From the NCBI GenBank assembly GCA_907165135.1, contig OU015568.1, forward strand, positions 11,222,001 through 11,286,000: a stretch of 64,000 nt of DNA, written 5' to 3'. Both the position numbers and the translations under genes were made by a program. Shown here one piece after another: positions 46,301 to 64,000 of this stretch. Numbering within the stretch: position 1 is the first letter of the stretch; the number at the start of each line of letters is the position of its first letter. This DNA comes from Oikopleura dioica (taxonomy: Eukaryota > Animalia > Chordata). The notes below the pieces were generated by a model. The model did not search any database. It saw only the letters and a list, made by a program, of their open reading frames with translations, and was not told where the DNA came from.

Positions 46301-49288
46301 ACGATTTAGGATAGTTACTTCAATTATTCAATGAGTTCTGATAAATAACGCAAGCGAGGTCACGTGAGGCGTACTGGAGGGATAAAATTGAAACTATCGG
46401 CGCTTTGTGATTCGCCGAAAGTTCAACGGGATCATCCGGGAAGTTGGGTGGCGCTGTTCAACTTTGAAAAAAGTTGGCTGAAGTTGAACAGCGCCGCAAA
46501 TTGGCTATTCTCTGAGGTGGCTAATCAGCATTATATTCAAAGGGCTACTTTATTATCGAAAATTTTGTGATAAAAAGTGAAAAATGATTTTTTGAAGCGG
46601 AAACTTACGTTCTTTTGGAATTCTATCGCGATGCGGGCAGCCGGAAATTGATCGATGGTGGCTAATTGTCGGATCACCAAATTGAATTTTAGATTTTCGA
46701 AACAGTGACTCTTAAAAGTCGATCGAGTAAAGTCGATACAAATCAAGAATCGTAATCCGATGCCTGTAAAGTCCAGTTATGTGGCCAGTGCCGTCGCAGC
46801 CCGGTGTGGGGCATTTTGAGTCTTTTGAGTAGTTGTTTTGGTAGGCCATCAAGGACTGCATGTATGCATCTAAAAATTGTTAGATGTGATTGAGAGTAAG
46901 TATTTTAGTACCATTGGGAGGGAAATGACGAAGAGCGTCAAATCGAGGCAGTCCAAGTGGCATTGAAGGAACTCGCGGGTCACCCATCATTCGCTGGTTA
47001 TTCATTCGATGGAGATGAGCCATGAGGGGATGAGTTGGTGGCAGAGGTGGAACAAGTCCTGATGCAGATGAAACTGGTGGAAGTGGAGTACCACTCGCCG
47101 CGCTGTTAAGACCATTCAGAAGAGCAGGATTGAGTCGAGGGAAGAATGGATTTGCCATCATTGACGGAATCGAGTGAGGAATGTGTGGACGATTCTCGCC
47201 TTCAGTACTTGATGGTCGGATTTCTTCGACATCGTTGTCTGATTTGCTTTCGTTAAGCTGTTCGTTCTCAGCCTCGGCCTCATCCTGCTCAATTTTTGGC
47301 TGCTTGATCGTGTGTTCGGCTAGGATGAGAGTTAGCGACCATGTAATCATAGCTTTGTTCAGCTTCCGCCAAAATTAGTATTCAGAAAGCGTTACTGCTG
47401 ACGCACAAGTGGACGGAAAAATTCAAATTTCTCAAGCTGAGCTACACTATCTGCGACTCAATATCAAAAAATTCTGGACTCAAAAATCGATCAGAGCCCA
47501 TGAGACTGAAGAACCAATTTCCAAATTAACATATCACTGTCTGGCTAGAACACAATTGCTAAAACTTGAATTCGCGATGAAAAAAAATCAATCAAGCATT
47601 AGTATAAACAGCACTAGTCCCGTATTAAAGAGCGACTTCAATACTTTTTTGAAGCCTTTTGTAAGGGACGCACTCGTAAGTTTCACTTCACTAGCCGTTG
47701 GACATTTGGCATTTGGGCCGTAAAACACACAAAAGAGACCTGCTTTTTACAGCTGGAGATACACTAGTAGTGCATCTACTCTTAGGCACACGCGCGCGTT
47801 TACGAGCGGCACCGAAGTTTGAGCTTCACACTATAAAACAGTACACGGCCCAACTTATATTTGAATCATACTTTTTCGCTCACTCATTGTTCCTTTTGCT
47901 GTATCTTTCAAAAACAACCCCTCTTCCAATACAATGACAATTCAAAAACGTATGAGAATTCAAACCGCATAAAATTTACCGCCATCTGAGAGATTTATGA
48001 TATCTACGTAAAAAGTTGGAGCAATAACAATTTGTGTGCCCGAATCAGGTGGCGCTTCAACTTGACCTTTTTGGGCACACGCGCTGCTTCCTTTTTGGGC
48101 TCAATTATTGAAGTGGTTGCAGTGAGTCCAGCAACTAGCGTGTGTAAATTCCAAAAGTGCTAAAATTTACGCCCCGGACAGGAAGTATCCCATACGTTTA
48201 AACGCTTTGGGCACACATGAAAATTACAAAAGTAACGCTCCGGGCACGCAGGTCAGCTTACCGCACACTCAACCATATCACTCATCTATCGGACGAGAAG
48301 CCGCTATACTCGAGGGCCTTACTTCTGATCTTGCTAGTGGGACTGGCGCCTCGAGGCAGGTTTCACTTTGTGGGCGAGATAAACTTTGGGCACACGAAGA
48401 CTGTGGTATTCTCACGATAAAACTTTTTCTGACGGCTAATTCGATGGCTCGCCGTAAATTGTTTCAAAATCAAACCACAGCCTCCCACGAAATTTCGCCA
48501 GCCAAAGTGATCACTTTGAAAAGCGCATATTCTTGTGCGTAAAAATCACTACTGATAGCGTTCTATTTTGGACGTATTTATGCCCCAGCTTCTGATGGCT
48601 TTTTGAGAGCGAAGTGCCACTTTTGCGAGTGCGCTAAATCTTTCAATTATCGGGCTGACACGCGCCCGCGGCATTTTCTTACTTTTCTGACATTATTACG
48701 ACCTCGCGCTTTTGAGAATTAAATAGTTTAAGTGTTTAGTGTAACACGAGAAAAAGTGAAGGCACTAATAAAGGGCGGTGGAAATTGGAGCACGCGCTGA
48801 TTTACGAGGAGCAGGAGGTCGCAAGCCTCCTGAATGTGTGTGTGCCTAAAATTATTGTGGGAGTGTGCTGCACTAGTGCTGCCAAAAGTTCACTTCCGCT
48901 AGAATGATTGCGTCCTTTCCGCAGTTCCCAGAGTACAATCATTTTACTGTAGCGTTTCTCATAGTTAGAAAGTTTAGTAATAGTTTTAACAAAATACGAA
49001 TGGCCAAAAGCGTGAGTACTTTTAAATTCAAATTCAGCTAAGTCCTTTGAACTTGCCCGGCAAAGATTGACATCCTGTCATTTTTCCGATTGATTTTCTA
49101 GCCCCGGAACCGCTGAACCTAGCCCATGACCTACCTTTTGGGTCGATCTCTTCCATGTCTTCATTCTCCTCCAGCTTGCGCTTTCGGGTTAACTCTGGGC
49201 TCTGGATTGCATCCGGCCTTAAAAATGCTATATTTCTTGGCTGATTAGAGTTTTTAACTTACAGTTCGTTCGCAACAGCCGCAGACAT
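43342..49288 (-). CDS. MYT1: MYT1/ST18-family CCHHC zinc-finger transcription factor, long introns
   Basis: [27 protein letters not shown] (46145-46222); Pro-rich regions, PLDLT motif, C-terminal coiled coil; first exon MSAAVANEL. Confidence 0.8.
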
Positions 49289-49399
49289 TTTTTGAGAGTC
49301 TCTCTTGATCTCTATCTTTGTTGATTTCTGTGAAGGTTTGAAAAACTATTTCTTATTTTTGAGTTTCTGATGAAACTGTTAGTGGTAAAGGAATGAGTT

Positions 49400-52300
49400 G
49401 ACTTTGTCGGACTTCATGTATGTTCTATCGCCGTTTATGCGTTGCGGCGCTAGAGGACGCGCTGATTCGCGTTGAGCGCATATTGCCCCGGAGCGCGCTC
49501 GGGCGCCGCCTTTCTTTGGGGATGGATTGCCAAAGCAAGAAAGAAATAATGAAAGCAGTCATCCGACTAGGAAGATCAGCCGCCAAAGACTTGATTGACT
49601 TGGGCCCATAATATCATTTTGCATTGATTTCTCCAGTCCTTTACTTCTACCTTTTATTTTACCTTTTCTCTTAGTAGAAAGTTCTTATCGTAGAAAGCTG
49701 AGAAGTTATTTAAATTCTTCTCACAAAGTTGACACGCGTATCTAGTGATTAGTTGTCTGTTCTTGTTTGTATTGAATGAATTTAATCAGTGGTTATGAGA
49801 ATTGAAGATCGGTGAAATAGTTGCTTCGATAATGAGATTTCATAAGTTCTTCGCGGCGCATGCTCAGATAAAATGGCTAAAGTGCCGCGATGGCGCCGTG
49901 AAACTATGCTGATAGAGACTCAACGATTTAGCCCACCCGGTACTGAGGCATTCATGATTACAGAGCTTCACTTAGGGGCTTAGACACTCTGTGAAGGACA
50001 AAAACGTCATCAAAGTTGTTGGGGTCAAAAGTGGGGAGAGAAGAATATCAGTCCAAGATGAGAGTTAACCTTGTGTTTTCTATCGTCTTGTGATAACAAA
50101 GGAGCACGGCAGACGGATCACTTATCCGACATATGCCACTTGGCTCCAAGTTGTGTGTTGCCACTCGACTTGGAGCTCACTACTTTTGTATACCTAAGTC
50201 AACTTTACTTCATTTTCAAGATCTCCACCAAATGTCTCCTTTTATTCGAGCTCGATTGATCTACTCAAGATTTCATTTCCAGTCTATTTCTGTAGGCACT
50301 TTTTTAACTGTCAGACAAGTTCTGTTAGGCTAGAAAAGGGCGTTAACTCTTTTGATAATTGCCACCCTGTGTCAAAGTAAAACCAAGTGGTTCTTTAGGT
50401 ACTTTGCCAAGTTCCACCACAATCAAAGCTACTCACCGACAACAACATTGATCCCATTCGGATCGATCATTTCCGCCCCAACCGAACTTGCCGAAAGGTC
50501 AGCCATGTGCGCCGCAAATTAAAATTAAAAGACATAAACCTGATTTTAACAATTTTCGCCAATGGAAGGCGATAAATAAAATGTGAAGGGGCGTTAAATA
50601 TAGCTGGAAATCAACACTTCCGTTCCAAAAAATTTTTGGGGCCATATTTTCAAGAAATATTTTTTATGAAAAAAACTCGAGTACGAGTAAATGAGAGATA
50701 ACTTTTGAAAATTTTAATTTGACAGTTATCAGTGTCTGAATTTAGGCCTGGGAGCGTTTCTCCTAGTTTCATAAATTGTCAAGTGCCTAACGAGGCCAAA
50801 TCTGAAGAAGATTCTCACTATTATCTACTTATAAAAGACCTGTCTTTTATTGACTTCTCAGTCCGATACCACTGTCGGGCTTCAGTTACAGTAAGCGCCA
50901 CTGACATTCATTAAAAAGTACTCGCGGCAATCCGAGCAGTAAAAATCGACTTCTGAGAGGTGTAAAAAGTTAACAAGTCCATTGATCAATAGAGTCACAC
51001 TTCTGCCAGTTCGGTTTTGACAAACTAAAGTATAAAAAGTCTTTCTAGCTAAATAGATTAAATTTAAATGACCGATAAAAGTTCATTTGCCCCCATGTAG
51101 GAAGTTGCTTAATCACTCGCCTCCGGGCAGTCCATTGTAAGGAGCCCAATGTTTGGGCAAGTTTAGGGCGTGATGATTTTTTTTCTCACATGAAACAGAA
51201 AAAATCGGAAACAGTGTTGTATTATGTTTAAATATGTGTTTTTGATTTTTACTACTGAGAAGGTGCTTGAGTGACTCGCATCAGGCGCTTTCCGGAACTT
51301 TGATTAAAATTTTTCGTGCCGCTCCTCAAAGAGCCCTTCTTTTTGGAGATCATATTATAACATTTAATTTGGACAGAAATCATAAATCATAAATAGGCGC
51401 TTTGATCCGAGGCGCTGAGCACCGGAAGATGAATTCTGATCGATTGACGCCCGACGGGAATTTTCTTGTCAAACATAATTATGCTCCTAATTAGCCTCCT
51501 GATTTCTACGCCAAATATGAAGAAAATCAAGTGCGAACTATAGATGTACTGTCGAAAGAAACTCCCTACAATCAACAAGAAATGCATAATCTAACACTTG
51601 AGTTTATTATCTGCATGAAACGAAGGCGGCCTTTCTTTGATGATTGTGCTGTTACGAAAGAAAATTTACGATAAACCCTCTTGAGCTCAGAAACATGAAT
51701 CAGGAACGGAAAGCGATTAGAACTTGCGGATGTTGGAAGAGGACTAGAAACGCCGCTATCGCGCCCAGAGTTTCATTTTTTCCAATAAAGATCTGAGCTG
51801 CGCGCAGAGTTTTCACAGAGACGATACGCTTCCGCAGCTGGAAACGGGAATCCTATGATCTGAAGGTCAAATTACCAAGTAGAATTTTTTGTGCTTCCTC
51901 AGTTCATTTTTACCTGAGAACTTTCGCAAGAAATGCAAATAAATTTTATCATTAGCATCGTCTTATAATGAGTTTTCTGCGTAAATCCAACTCACTATAT
52001 TCACTACAGTTGTCAGCCTGTCTAAGAGATTTTGATTTATCACAAATGAGAAGTGTTTTTTTACAACGCATGCTTAATTGCTTAATTAGTATGTGTGTAA
52101 TATAACTACTGTGGAGCTAGTGCAAATTATCGACGAGCTAGCGAAGATCGAATTCATCAAAGTAGACACGCTTTTTCACCCTTCAATTCTTCACGCTTTG
52201 ACAGCTTATTTCTCAATAAAAAAGAACAAACAAGGACTTTTTTCGGCGACGAAGAGTCCCAATGATTACGCCAGTTAACTTGGTTGTTTATCAGCAGTCG

Positions 52301-55300
52301 CACTGGCGCGTTACAGTTGTTAGATGTGGCTTAAGTTTACTGTCGGAGCACTTCCCAGGTGACTTCCTTTTGTGGTGTCGTTTCCGCTCGCCACTTCAGT
52401 TTACAGTTCCGAGGCGGAGTAGTTTCATCAAGCTCGCCGGAAGTTAAACTTTCATTATACTCATCCATCAAGTAGTGTGCTCTCATTCTCGTAGACAATT
52501 TTATTGAAGACGAATATGCAGGGAGGAGCTTTTTCGTTTCAAGCTAAACTTTGACGAGAAAGTAGGAACGGGCAGAAGGGACAGAATCAGATGATCCGAC
52601 AGTTCGGATGAGACAGGCGTAATCCGCCAAACGCTCAACTCGGAGTAATTGAAAGTTAAAGCTGACCAAAGCCACAGCTCAGCGCGAAACACGCAATTCA
52701 TTGAGCTACGAGTCATAATGTTCAACAAGAAGCGTTTCTCTTCAATTTAATTTTTCTATTAGCAACAGCGAGCAGGGATGAGCTGCTTCTCGAATTCCTA
52801 TCTAGTACCTGCGAGCAGCACTCTCTGTCAATTATAATTTCGGGATGATCCCTTTTCAACGAAGCGCCAAAAAGCAACTAATCTAATTTCCCCGACAGCG
52901 AGCTCAGACTCGGCTCAACCTGCTCGCTCTTGTTGATTTCATGATCCATGGGCTGATCCGTCAATCCTCGTCTCCAGAATTTCTCAACAAATGTATCAAC
53001 AACAAATTGCGAATATGGATAATGCCACGGAAGATTAGGCACGCGCTGGCGGTTCTGTTTGATCCCTAGACTCGCGTTTTGGCGGTATGCCGAACCCTTT
53101 TTTTTGGTGTTGCCACCTGTGGCTCTTCTTTGATCCGCTCTTGAACTTGGACTAGAACATCGATTACAGTATGTAACAGTACTCAGCGCCGTGGGGAGTC
53201 TCAAATGGGAATTATCCTCGCCCTGGGTGAAAACTGGACAGTAGTTCTACTGATCTATTACTGTAATATTTCGAAATATTGAAAAAAGAAGAGTTTACTC
53301 CATCGAAGGAAAAGTATTCAGTTACGTATCCGTTTCCTCGCACTGCGGATAATCCGGAATAAAGTTCAAGCCATCGGGAGTTTCCGAAGTTCGTTTCCCC
53401 GCGAAGAACTCTTCTTCCGCCGCTCTACGTCTGTCGCTCGCCCCCGCGGCGGGAGGACTTCTCGCCTCTGCCCCGCGAAGAATATATTTTGTTAATAAAT
53501 CAATAAGCACTAAATACGGCAACGGAATCAATTACAGTTACTTGGAAGGGCGACCAACTGTACCATTTCACGCCTTGGGCACACACAAAGCGGCGCCGAT
53601 GATGGATGAGGGTCGAACGTACTTTTACGAAAATTTATTTTCGGATCAAAGTCGCATCATCGGAGAATTAGCCCAATCGACAATTATTTTTAGGAAAGAG
53701 TGATTTATTGTTTTCGCGAAGTTATTTGGATATTGCGGATTTTGGCGGCTCATTTACGGATGTGAATTGACCATTATCTTGTATTCCAAAGGATCATGTG
53801 ATTGCTAATCTGTCTACTGAAAATTTTAAGTGAAAATTAATTGCAAGAAGAGCTAAAGGGGATCTTTATAAAATGATCATTCCCTTGTCATTAGTAATTG
53901 ACTAATTATAAAAGTTTGAAAGAGAAGTTGTGCTGTGCTTCGGAAAGAAGGTCATTGAAAAGTCAGGTGTCACAAGTGTGGAAGTGCAGAAAGCGCGTTT
54001 GCGGTTTGAAAATTGATGAACGATTCCTCGCGCAAACAATGCCAATACTTGCATTATAGACAACTATTGTCCAAAGACTACAGAAAAGGCGCTTTTCTCG
54101 CTTCTGCATTTTTAAAACTTGCTTCCATTCTTGTGAAACTCGAGGAAAATATTGTTCTTCGCTCAAGTCGCCTTTCGGTAGAATACAGCAACAGAGCTAT
54201 CAATAATTTTGTTTGCTCGTCTGACGATATGCCCCACAAAAAAGTTCTGAACATTCTCAGCCGAGTTGACAGGCAGCTTTTAATGCCCTCGAGTCGTGGA
54301 GATAAAAAGTTATGGGCACACAGATGTGAGAACTTCCTCCGTAAAGTGTTCCAAATGTCATGTGAAACTATTACCACAACTACAAGGGTCTCCGCAAACA
54401 GAAACGCAACTCAGAAACATCACTTTTTCGTGTTACGCAGCTTCCGATCTACATTCTTCGTCCCACAGACTGTAATTTCATCGAAGGCCATTAGAATTTC
54501 AAAGCGTTAAACCATAAAACTTATGCGGTTACGCGGGTGTTGTAATTTACGGAATAGTGACGTCCGAACAAGTTCGCTCGCGCCTTACTTGTGTGGTTGA
54601 TCATCATCGTCCGTCGCGATTTTATCGCTAGCCTCATAATTCAGCTCAACTCAAGCACCGACGAGATGCAACTCAATATGGCCGCTTCGTTGTTTGGGAA
54701 CACTTGTACTTGTTTCGTCATTTCTTAGTCATCAATACAGGAACTCAAATACTATGCCAACATAAAGTTACTCCTCAGAAAGATAGCTGGTTGGTGAGAT
54801 AACTTGAAATCAACGAAGAGAATCTTTCATAATCGCATAAATCTCGCCAGTGTGATTCGTAAAACGAACGTTCGCGTGTAATAATTTTCTTGTGAATATC
54901 CGGTGTACAGTGAGAACCAAGCTGAGCCGTGTTTGATCCCGCTTCCGTTATTTTCTTTCTCCGGTTTTGTCAAGTGAGTGACCCCGCCTGTGCGCGGCGT
55001 ATTTACTGGCGCATTATGACGGCCGTACTTATACATTTGTTAAGTGTTAGTTTCTTTCCTTTGTTGAGCAGGAATTTGCATATTTGCGCAAATCATTGAC
55101 AAGCCCAAGCCTCGAATTATGCTTCGTAATACTCGAACAATTTGTAAATGATGCTGTTTGGGCTGAGGCCAAAGCTGGGGTACCGGAAATTTAGATTTAA
55201 AAAAGTGCCAATATTGGCCCACCTAAAATCCTCTTTCACTTTTATTTAGCCTCCCCTTGTTGGCAAAGATTTACGCATCTTCTCTGACATCCAGGTTGAG

Positions 55301-57200
55301 CCAGAGTGTTAGTTTGATGTATGATCTGTGTACCGAGGACTAGTGCAAACAAAATAAAAAGCTTAGTAGGCAACCATTTGGGCAGTATTTGAATGGATCT
55401 TGCGTTCACTACTGTTTTCAAATTTGCTTACTTCGACGGCGAAAATTCGTAAATGAGGCATTTTAATTGCCCCTGCGCTTTCCATCAAGTTTATCAGTAA
55501 TCATTTATCGCTCTCTATAAGTGCCCAGATTCGCCTGTGATCTCCCGCTTGGATTTGCCTCTGGCGTGTGCCCAACTTCCTCCCATTGATCGGCGCTCGT
55601 TATTAGCTACTATCACCTTACGGAGCTCATTAACTATCATAAACGAGCGAAAAGCTATCAACCGCCTGATAAGCGCTCAATTTCGCGCCACATCAGAAGA
55701 TCCAAGCGACCCCAACGATTACGAAGCATAATTTACTACTGTCCAAACAGGTTAAAAAATCTTCTCGCAGCGAAAACAGTATATTTGGAGAAGCGCCAGT
55801 AATTCCTTAAAATCGCGAGTGATAGTTAAATATAATTAACACATTAAAATTCTTGAGCAGCGCAGGTGCTTGAGTGTAAGTTATGGTTTCTTGGCAAAAG
55901 AATCACATGGCGAATCACTGCTATTTCCTACGAAAGCCAGATTTTCGAGGGCCCTTCAGCTAATCTAATCATCATAACGTTACTGTATATCTCCTGCGGA
56001 TTAGAATTGCAGATTCGGTCGAGTCTTCCTTGTCTTCCAGGAGCAATTCAATTTGTTTACAAACAAATCTGACCTTCCGTGACCTCGTTTTGGTTTGATC
56101 TGATGCACTTTCTCAACGATTCTCCGCCCACATTCTAGATTCTTATCACGGTTGGCGATTAACGCCTTGCAAAACAATCCGTTTGCACACGGAAAGGTGC
56201 AGTTCAATAATCAGACGAAAAATTTTTTTCAGAAGAAATTTTTTTAAACTTCATACTTTGAGAGAAGCGGTAAACCATCCTAGGCTAAGGTAGGTTCCTA
56301 ATCTACCGATAAGAGTTTCGTGCCAAAGAGAATCTAAGTAATGTGTCCTCTCGCCGTTATAAATCTGATAACCTCACCGATTTCGAGGACTTTGAAGTGT
56401 CTAATTGACACGATGGCCTAAGGGCCTGGAATGCAACGGGTACTGATATTGCATAAGCTCAAGGTTCGGTACTGGCGCACGTTTTTCACAGCTGCTAATG
56501 TCAAGTCTGATTCAATTTAGCTTACAAGCATATTTGGCTGATAGAAGTTCAACCGTTGAACTTCAACGTAATAAACGAATTGTTGTCGCACTCATTTTCT
56601 GCGTCAAATACAGCGAATAAGCATATGAAATGATTGAAAGAACAATGCATATTAATACATAATATACTGAGAATAGAGCAATAAAGTATGATAATTATTT
56701 GATAAATTCAATATCAAAGAAGCTATCGTCAAATTATAAAAACAAATAATTTTCCAAAGGTTTCAGATGGTTATCGAACTATAATTGACACATTATCAGC
56801 GTTGAAGCCGTTAGATACCTGAATTAGGACTTGAGGCTGTGTTTGGAGAAGTGTTCTATCAGCGGGCGGCGGAGGAGTAGCCCGCATTAGTATTCGGCTG
56901 CTCGAAATAAGGGCCGGGTGTTGCCCCCCGGGCAGCAGGGCGGTAAAAGTTCTATTCGTTGCAGCAAACGCGAAATCTGAGTGAACCAACCCTTTTTCCC
57001 CAACTATTTACTTACAAACGTACTAGAGTCTACCCTTCTCAAATCAGCCCTACATGTTCCACTTAATTGAGACACAGCCATAATTAGACATGTAAATTTT
57101 TATTAAGCTTGTTCAAAGAGAGTTACGTTATTTCCCCCTTTGAAAATAAGCAGAGGAAATAAAACTAAAACAAAATTTTAAGAGAATCGAATGTGTTAGA
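49400..57200. promoter_or_regulatory. About 8-kb non-coding interval, probable cis-regulatory domain of the MYT1-like gene and/or the receptor
   Basis: No credible ORFs; much longer than any other intergenic gap in the window; lies between two divergent genes. Confidence 0.5.
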
Positions 57201-57285
57201 GAAAAAAAATAACGATCGAAATCAACGAAGAGAACCTCTGAGAAATTAGAATTTAGAAGAAGAGTCACAGAATCCTCCAAAAACA

Positions 57286-62005
<4,720 letters not shown>

Positions 62006-62977
62006 AAATATTGTCCTCGCATTTTCCTTCTATCTCCACCACTTCTCGCTTTTTCTCAAGGCGTCTCGTGGAAAAAACTCAACAAAAAACTGCTTTCGAT
62101 CTCTTATACAATCACCTGATCTGTGTTTCTGCCCAGCTGACCTTTCTTCTACTTCTGCTACGTGCCTTTCCTACACAGCAGTGCAATATTATCTTAATCG
62201 ATAACAAATTCTATAGTTTACCTTGTGAATAGGTTTTTAATCTATTTAAATATGCAAAAATATTTATTTCTCCTTGTAAAGTACTCCTTTCGAGGAAACC
62301 TTTTATCTGCCAAAAAACGGAAATCTCGTTTTTGAGGATGAGCCATTTTCAATTCATCTTCGGGAAGGATATTTTCAGCCGTATTTTTCTTTTCGGGTCT
62401 TACACTACCTGGTACACACTTGAGAGTATAGTATTTCATACTGTGCTATTTATATTACCTATGTATTTGCTCCTATTCTGCTATTCTAAACGGTAGTAAT
62501 TATAATTTTTAAGAAATTTACATATTCAAATTTTCGAATTTTAACTAGACCAATATTGGTGTTTTGACGGATAGAATCATAATAAAATAAAGCAAAAAAA
62601 TATTTGAAATATTGTCGATTCATCAGGAGCCCTACAAGCACCTGCCTGTGAGCTCGAGAAAGTTGCGCTCATTGACACCGTGTCTCGGCATTAGCATGGC
62701 TTTGGTCATCATTTGAAACAGGAGCATAGGCGGGGATTTTCCTCCATGATTTCAAAAGCGAAATAAAATTATGGCGCGTGGCTGAATGTGTGCCTTACAG
62801 TTCCCTCTCCAGGAAAATACAGTAGAACGGATCTGAAGGAATCTTAGAGAATATATTGAAAAAATGATGAGCCAGAATTCGGCTTTTCTCTGAATAATTC
62901 TCGTTGTGCCCTCCGCTCTACTGAAATATTGATCGATTCGGCTGTTTATCTCGAGTTCTAGTGCGCGCAGAAAGGAA

Positions 62978-64000
62978 TCACAAAAAGTTCAAAATGACGG
63001 TAGAATCGAGAATAATGAGAAACAAACACTTACCCGGAAAAATACTGAGCAGAAGAGCGAGCTTGCAGAGGATTCCCGTAATAAGTCCCTTGATGAGGCG
63101 GCAATCCTCCGCAGCGTTGTTACTAAGGATGCGTTTCGAAATGAAAAAAAGCTGCACCATTATCCAAAAAATCGAATACAATTTATCGAGGATAAAATAC
63201 AATAGAATATTACCAAATTATGAATAATTATTTGCGAGCGCACTCAGAACAACCAGAACGGACAGACTGAAAATTTACTTACCATTTTGCGTCATGATGA
63301 TTGAATGGGTGGTTTTTTGTGCCTTCGTCCTATACGAGCGGATTCGAAAAGGAAGCATCAGATTATGATTATCCTGACCTTTACTTTTTGACAGCTTTCT
63401 TGAGAAAATTTCAAATCCGAAGAAGCTTATGACGCTCATTCCAACTCACAAGAGGATAGTCGAAACTTTCAAATGACAATTTCTGTGCACAGATTAATAA
63501 ACAACATAAATCGATGGTCTTTTATTCAAATATTACAGATGAAGAGAAAAGTGTCATAAACCATGAACTCTTGCAAATCTTTTGAAATTGGATCAAATCG
63601 AGTCAATCCTCATAAATATTTCAGGATTTGCCTAAGTGTTCGATCTTTTCATTCTAATAGGGTCTTCCCAGTAACTTTCCATCGCACATAGAATATCATC
63701 CTCACAGTTACCTGAAATGAATAAAAAAGATAAAACAATTTCACAACTTAATGAAATGGAACTATGGGAGGGTAAGATTAGCCGACTTGAGCTGTTGTAT
63801 AATTTGAATTGTAAAAAGATAATTTCTCTTCCAGAAAGGGTAACTTTTTCCTATATACTTATTTCTCAAAAGTATCTTGCGCTAAGAGCCCTCATCAAAA
63901 GTTGCTTACCTCTGCGATAACGTAGAATCCGATCATGAGCATAATAAGATAAACATAATGCCACATTTGAAGTCCTTCACTCGACGTCTAGGCGGATTTT
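62978..64000 (-). CDS. Possible fragment of a multi-pass membrane protein gene (truncated by window end)
   Basis: Hydrophobic stretch MWHYVYLIMLMIGFYVIAE followed by gtaag donor; further hydrophobic segments and gtaagt donor near 63280; frame could not be resolved. Confidence 0.25.

Noticed and set aside
51283-51302. Partial RE1/NRSE-like half site (GGCGCTTTCCG)
   Set aside because: Half site with a mismatch; expected by chance.
54013-54510. 165-aa ORF in the non-coding interval
   Set aside because: Non-ATG start in the track, no motifs, atypical composition, no splice support; likely chance.
56790-56990. Resemblance to U3 snoRNA words (AGCGTTGAAGCCG, TCTGAGTG)
   Set aside because: No box A or box C (TGATGA) and inconsistent spacing; kept only as an unassigned candidate.

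Overview
Eukaryotic genomic DNA with a very compact organisation: introns mostly 33-60 nt (at least one GA-AG), intergenic gaps of 15-200 nt, and a TTTCAG/TTTAG acceptor just before many ATGs. This fits an appendicularian tunicate such as Oikopleura dioica with SL trans-spliced operons (inference). 1.5-25 kb is a long minus-strand gene run: RPAP2, COQ7, a mitochondrial TM protein, a K/S-rich protein, NCBP2, NEMP, ALG1, a CUE protein, a J-protein, an SCP2 protein, a KHA protein, DDX10, SLC38A7/8, a POU-specific-only protein, TIM10 and PRCP. It is interrupted by a 3.1-kb hAT-type element (8-bp TSD) built from many repeat modules, and by a 140-bp MITE. Next come a peroxiredoxin, an SRCR membrane protein and a second minus-strand run (CCDC25, a GON7 candidate, RNF14, a J-protein, an unknown gene, and a TLDc-like gene split by a 1-kb TTAA foldback element). 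Then casein kinase 1 with an intronic tRNA-Arg(CCT), NCS-1, a MYT1-like gene with about 8 kb of upstream non-coding DNA, and a kringle + YWTD-propeller type I receptor. The most unusual items are the homeodomain-less POU protein, the kringle-YWTD receptor, the composite hAT element, the exon-splitting foldback and an antisense gene nested in an NCBP2 intron. Gene models were spliced and translated by eye, so some boundaries are approximate.
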